Source: Candidatus Limnocylindrales bacterium
GTDB taxonomy: Bacteria > Moduliflexota > Moduliflexia > Moduliflexales > JAUQPW01
Reading direction: 5' to 3'
Assembly (NCBI GenBank): GCA_035559535.1
Contig: DATMBG010000026.1
Span: 116,628-136,627, forward strand
DNA length: 20,000 bases
How positions within the stretch are numbered: the stretch's first letter is position 1; each line of letters opens with the position of its first letter. Shown here in pieces: positions 16,069 through 20,000 of this stretch. A model generated the notes under the pieces. That model made no database searches. It saw nothing but the letters and a program-made list of their open reading frames with translations, and was not told the DNA's origin. The position numbers and the translations under genes are program-made.

Positions 16069-16788
16069 TTACTCCTTTCTCTTTTTCCACTCTTCAAACA
16101 GCTTTTTGGTCGACTCCCGAGGAGGATAATACTTCCCGGGTGAGACATTTTCTGCTATTATTCTTTCTTTGATAAACTGTTCCAGTTCTTCTTTTTCTAT
16201 AGCCTCTTGAACTACCTGATGGACCAGGTGCCGGGGGATCACCACAACCCCATCGTCATCTCCCAGGATCACATCCCCCGGGAGTACCAGAACCCCTCCA
16301 CATTGAATGGCCACATTCTCCTCATAGGGAAGGATGTCCGTGGGACCTGCCTTGGCCGTACTATTCTGAGCGAAAAGTCCCAATCCGTATGTTTTTAAAC
16401 TGTTGGTATCCCGAAGGGCTCCGTCGGTTACGATTCCTTCGGCTTTACGGAGTTTAAGGCGTAAGAATTTGATATCTCCACCTACAGAAGCATAGGGTAG
16501 TCCCAGAGCATCTATTACCAGTACATCACCCGGGCCGCATAACTCTATGGCCCGATACTCCGGTGTGTTTTCTTTTCCGACCGTTTCTTCCTGAAGATCG
16601 GGTCGCTGGGGTAAGAATCGAAGGGTCACCGCTCGCCCAACAAGCTTGGTTCCTGGAATTAAACTTCGAACCCCTTCCATGTAAACTCTCAGATAACCGT
16701 GAGCCCGTAAAACATCTAAAATATTTGTGCAGGGAAAAGCTTTGAGTTGAGTCAAGATTTCCTGGGAAATTTTAACTTCTCTTTTCAT
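16069..16788 (-). CDS. RraA-like / HMG-CHA aldolase family protein
   Basis: GRAVTLRFLP, PGDVLVID, GGDI, VTDGALRD, CGGVLVLPGDVILGDDDGVVVIP. Confidence 0.85.
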   Translation of the reverse strand: MKREVKISQEILTQLKAFPCTNILDVLRAHGYLRVYMEGVRSLIPGTKLVGRAVTLRFLPQRPDLQEETVGKENTPEYRAIELCGPGDVLVIDALGLPYASVGGDIKFLRLKLRKAEGIVTDGALRDTNSLKTYGLGLFAQNSTAKAGPTDILPYEENVAIQCGGVLVLPGDVILGDDDGVVVIPRHLVHQVVQEAIEKEELEQFIKERIIAENVSPGKYYPPRESTKKLFEEWKKRKE

Positions 16789-17204
16789 TCAATCCCCACC
16801 TTTAGTCCGTAAACCAGTTGTCCCCCTAACCATCCCGTAACAAATACCATTCCGTTTCCCAGTATTGCAAGGCTAAGATAAAGCCATCGCCGGGAGCCAT
16901 CCAGAATTTTGGGATACTTACGCTTTAATCCGATTTCTACTCCGTAGATTAAAAGTAGAGAAGCCCCGCAATAGGCATGGGTTGACACGGCCCCCTGTCG
17001 AGGATCGGCTTCCGCAAGATGACTGAAGTCAATACTTCCTGTAATCAAGGCTCCTAAAGCACCGATATAGCCGAAAATCATGCAATAATAAGCAGCTTTT
17101 TCAAAAGCCACCTCTTTTTCATTCAGGTAGAGGATCATAAAAAGAGTACTGGCTGTAAAAAAAGCTATGGGAAAATGGATAACAAAGGGATGAATAGGGT
17201 ACAT
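16785..17204 (-). CDS. DUF2231 family membrane protein
   Basis: HPFVIHFPIAF, four TM helices, internal His (STHA), GWLGGQLVY; ATGA overlap with the RraA-like gene. Confidence 0.8.
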   Translation of the reverse strand: MYPIHPFVIHFPIAFFTASTLFMILYLNEKEVAFEKAAYYCMIFGYIGALGALITGSIDFSHLAEADPRQGAVSTHAYCGASLLLIYGVEIGLKRKYPKILDGSRRWLYLSLAILGNGMVFVTGWLGGQLVYGLKVGIE

Positions 17205-17295
17205 GGCCGGTTTCCAGTTTGATTTATCAGGAGTTTAATAAAATTGCTTGCACGTTTCCCGGAGTATGAAGGTTTTATTCGAAGGGGTTTCATTG

Positions 17296-18396
17296 CTACA
17301 AGGGAATGCTGCGTTTGAGTTTAACGTAAACCGTTGTTTTTTGGTTAGGAATACTCTGGATGGTCAAACTCCCTCCATGCAATTCGACCAGGCGTTTGGC
17401 AATAATAAGTCCCAGTCCTGTTCCTTGCTGCTCATAGAATTTTCGTTCAAACTGCATATAGGCCCCTATATCGGCAATCTGCTGGGACGTCATTCCTCTT
17501 CCAAAGTTGTTTATTTCGATGATAAAAAAGTGATTCAGGGTTGTTGTGGTAACATGAACGGGTGTTCCGGCCTGGGAGAATTTAAATGCATTGCTGATCA
17601 GTTCTTCGACGACTTTTTTCAGATTTTCTTCTGAGATCTGGACCTTTGTATCCGTAAGCTCTAAAGCCAAATCCTTTTCCCTTTCCAGTTGTTTAGCTTT
17701 TTGCCAGCAGATCTCTGAAATAATCATTCTGGGATGTTCGGTAAAACTGTTCCTTAAGGCCGCTATCCTCTTAGGATCTGTGGCTATGAGTTCAATTTGT
17801 GCGTACACAAGGAAATTCTGAATAAGTTTGTGGAGGTTCGTTGCGGATAAGTGGATCATCTGCGCCATTTCTCCAATTTCCTGTCGTCCCACCGTTTCGT
17901 AATTTTCCATGAGCAACTCTGAAAAACCCAGAATTCCATGTAAGGGGGTAAGAAACTCATGGGGAAGTGCATGGATAATATTTCCTCGCAAATCTTCCAA
18001 TTTTTTCTCGCTTCGTTTGAGAACCACTTCCTGCTTTTCAAGCCGGGTTTTAACTGCAGAAAGTAATTCCTGAGTGGTAAAGGGTTTACTGAGGTAATCA
18101 TCTGCCCCGATATTCATGCCACGTCTCATATCTTCTCTAGAGACTTTAGCCGTCAAAAAAATGAATGGAATTGCGGCTGTTGTTGGATCCTGGCGTAGTA
18201 TAGCCAGGGTATCATAGCCATTAAGCTCAGGCATTATAATATCACAGATAATTAAATCGGGCAGGTAGTCCCGTGCCAGTTGTATCCCGATCAAACCATT
18301 CTCTGCCTGGATTACTTCAAAACCTTCCAAACCCAAAATAGCAGCGATTCCTTCACGAACCGGAAGAGCATCGTCAATAACAAGAATTTTTTTCAT
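17296..18396 (-). CDS. Cytoplasmic hybrid histidine kinase (REC-HisKA-HATPase)
   Basis: ILVIDD, DLIICDIIMP, FLTAK, GADDYLSKPF; H-box LPHEFLTPL; N-box ELISNAFKF; G2 GTGLGL; no TM segments. Confidence 0.9.
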   Translation of the reverse strand: MKKILVIDDALPVREGIAAILGLEGFEVIQAENGLIGIQLARDYLPDLIICDIIMPELNGYDTLAILRQDPTTAAIPFIFLTAKVSREDMRRGMNIGADDYLSKPFTTQELLSAVKTRLEKQEVVLKRSEKKLEDLRGNIIHALPHEFLTPLHGILGFSELLMENYETVGRQEIGEMAQMIHLSATNLHKLIQNFLVYAQIELIATDPKRIAALRNSFTEHPRMIISEICWQKAKQLEREKDLALELTDTKVQISEENLKKVVEELISNAFKFSQAGTPVHVTTTTLNHFFIIEINNFGRGMTSQQIADIGAYMQFERKFYEQQGTGLGLIIAKRLVELHGGSLTIQSIPNQKTTVYVKLKRSIPL

Positions 18397-18600
18397 TATA
18401 AAATCTTCCCCCCTTTAGTAAATTCGTCTTTATCTCTGCCTGGATAGGAGGATGGGTTTTTCCATCCCTCGTCTCCTTTTAAGCCTACTCTAAACTCAGG
18501 ATCATTTTCAAGAAGAATTTTAAGTTTCGGTGAAAAATTAAAATGGGTAGGGAAAAGAAAAATCCTTGACAAACCCTCTTTCTAAAGATTGAATCCTTAA

Positions 18601-18777
18601 CACAGGGACGCAGGGACAGGGAGACAGGGGGACGCGGAGACAGGGGGACGCGGAGACAGGGGGACGCGGGAACAAGGAATCATTTCCCTATATCCTTGTG
18701 TCCTCGCATTCCCAACACCCCAAAGCCCCTGCATCCTAACATCCCAAAGTCTCCGCGTCCCTCTGTCTCCGCGTCCC
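18601..18777. repeat. Inverted array of 8/16-bp tandem repeats upstream of the MBL gene
   Basis: GGAGACAGGGGGACGC x3 perfect (18620-18667); inverted copy GTCTCCGCGTCCCTCTGTCTCCGCGTCCC at 18749-18777; degenerate octamers in between. Confidence 0.9.
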
Positions 18778-18806
18778 AACGTCCTGGATTTCAGACGAGG
18801 TTACTC

Positions 18807-19739
18807 ATGAAAAAACCAGCTAAATTCCTCATGATTTTTTACATAGCTTTTTTAGGTGTTTTAGCCAGTGCCGTCTTCTCTCAAATAAGCTCAGGTCCGG
18901 TTCCCATCCTTAAATGGTTAGGTACTGCAGGTTATGAAATAACCTTTGGAGATACGGTCATTCTCATTGATCCTTTTTTAACGCGGCCACCGGTAAATTT
19001 TTTTAGTAAAGATTTTAAGGGGGACGAAGAATTAACTACCAATGAGGCATTAATCTCCGAGGTCATTAAAAAAGCAGATTACATTCTTGTAGGGCACAGT
19101 CACTGGGATCATCTGATGGATGTTCCTTATATAGCCAAAAAGACGGGTGCCAGGGTCATAGGTTCTGAGTCAACGGCCAATATCCTCCGGAGCTATGACG
19201 TATCGGAAGAGCAGATTATTCCGGTAAAAGGCGGTGAGCAGATCAAGTTTTCTAACTTTTCGGTAAAAGTCATTCCCAGCCTGCACTCCTTGAATGGAAA
19301 AAAACGGGTGGGGATTCCGGGTGTGGTGAGTACGCCGCTAAAGCCTCCTTTGAAGGTTGCGGACCTTAAAGAGGGGGGGACGTTTGGTTACTATCTTCGT
19401 CTGGGGAAATATACCATTCTTCATATTGGGAGTGCGAATTTTATTGAAAATGAGCTTCGTTATTTACCATCTCCCGATGTGGCGATTCTGGGAACCCTAG
19501 CCCGGGAGAATACCGAAGATTATGCTTATCGAATCATTAAGTTATTGAATCCCAAGGTAGTCATTCCGACCCATTGGGATAACTTTCTACTTCCTTTTTC
19601 AGAAGGAGCTAAGGAAATTGCCGAGCTTGGCGAGTCCGGGAAAGTTGAAAATTTTGTAAAGGAGATTAAAGAAGTCTCTCCGGGCACGCGGGTTATTGTT
19701 CAAAAGTTCCTGGAGACTTATACGGTTGGAAAGGAGTAA
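18807..19739 (+). CDS. Exported MBL-fold metallo-hydrolase (UlaG-like); true start likely ATG 18807
   Basis: GAGG RBS at 18797-18800; MKKPAKF + hydrophobic signal-like segment; WLGTAG, LIDPF, GHSHWDH (HxHxDH), IPTHWD. Confidence 0.85.
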   Translation: MKKPAKFLMIFYIAFLGVLASAVFSQISSGPVPILKWLGTAGYEITFGDTVILIDPFLTRPPVNFFSKDFKGDEELTTNEALISEVIKKADYILVGHSHWDHLMDVPYIAKKTGARVIGSESTANILRSYDVSEEQIIPVKGGEQIKFSNFSVKVIPSLHSLNGKKRVGIPGVVSTPLKPPLKVADLKEGGTFGYYLRLGKYTILHIGSANFIENELRYLPSPDVAILGTLARENTEDYAYRIIKLLNPKVVIPTHWDNFLLPFSEGAKEIAELGESGKVENFVKEIKEVSPGTRVIVQKFLETYTVGKE

Positions 19740-19766
19740 GTGGTAAGGTAGGGGGGTGGTCAGGAT

Positions 19767-19808
19767 AAAAAAATAGGGGTTAAAGGAATTTTAACCCCGT
19801 AAATTTTT
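19767..19808. terminator. Intrinsic terminator, likely bidirectional, between the MBL gene and the 16S rRNA 3' end
   Basis: Stem GGGGTTAAA (19776-19784) / TTTAACCCC (19790-19798); A-run on the left gives a U-tract on the minus strand, T-run on the right. Confidence 0.75.
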
Positions 19809-19859
19809 GGAGAAAATCGAACGGGTTTCAGCGGGAGATCGTACTTTCCCTTTTCTCTT

Positions 19860-20000
<141 letters not shown>

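Noticed and set aside
15778..16143. ORFs 15778-16050, 15845-16090 and 15880-16143
   Set aside because: Low-complexity translations of the octamer array and shadows of the DUF350 gene
18696..18806. N-terminal 37 aa of the 347-aa ORF and the antisense ORF 18597-18779
   Set aside because: Both are translations of the octamer repeat array; RBS and signal peptide point to ATG 18807
18807..19739. MBL-fold protein as a true metallo-beta-lactamase resistance gene or anti-phage nuclease
   Set aside because: Motif layout fits the broad UlaG-like hydrolase group; no mobile or defence-island context

Overview
Bacterial chromosomal window of moderate GC with no transposase, phage or CRISPR genes. Left (1-5271, minus strand): start of a surface-glycan locus with GDP-L-fucose synthase, a kinase-less Wzz/GumC-type co-polymerase, a MurJ/MviN-like flippase and two class I SAM methyltransferases, one of them missed by the ORF track and running off the window edge. 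Middle (plus strand): an oxalate-CoA ligase-like gene with a PanE2-type reductase (probable oxalate to glyoxylate module), DUF2891, an orphan PilX-like protein, an uncharacterised radical SAM enzyme, a split ComD/ComE-like ThDP decarboxylase and a DUF1517 + DUF350 pair. Right: DUF2231-RraA/HMG aldolase, a REC-HisKA-HATPase hybrid kinase, an exported MBL-fold hydrolase, and the 3' end of a 16S rRNA gene followed directly by a terminator and a convergent CDS (unlinked from 23S). Intergenic regions hold a modular, partly nested set of REP/MITE-like elements and inverted octamer repeat arrays. All protein calls come from motif recognition by eye; no database searches were run.
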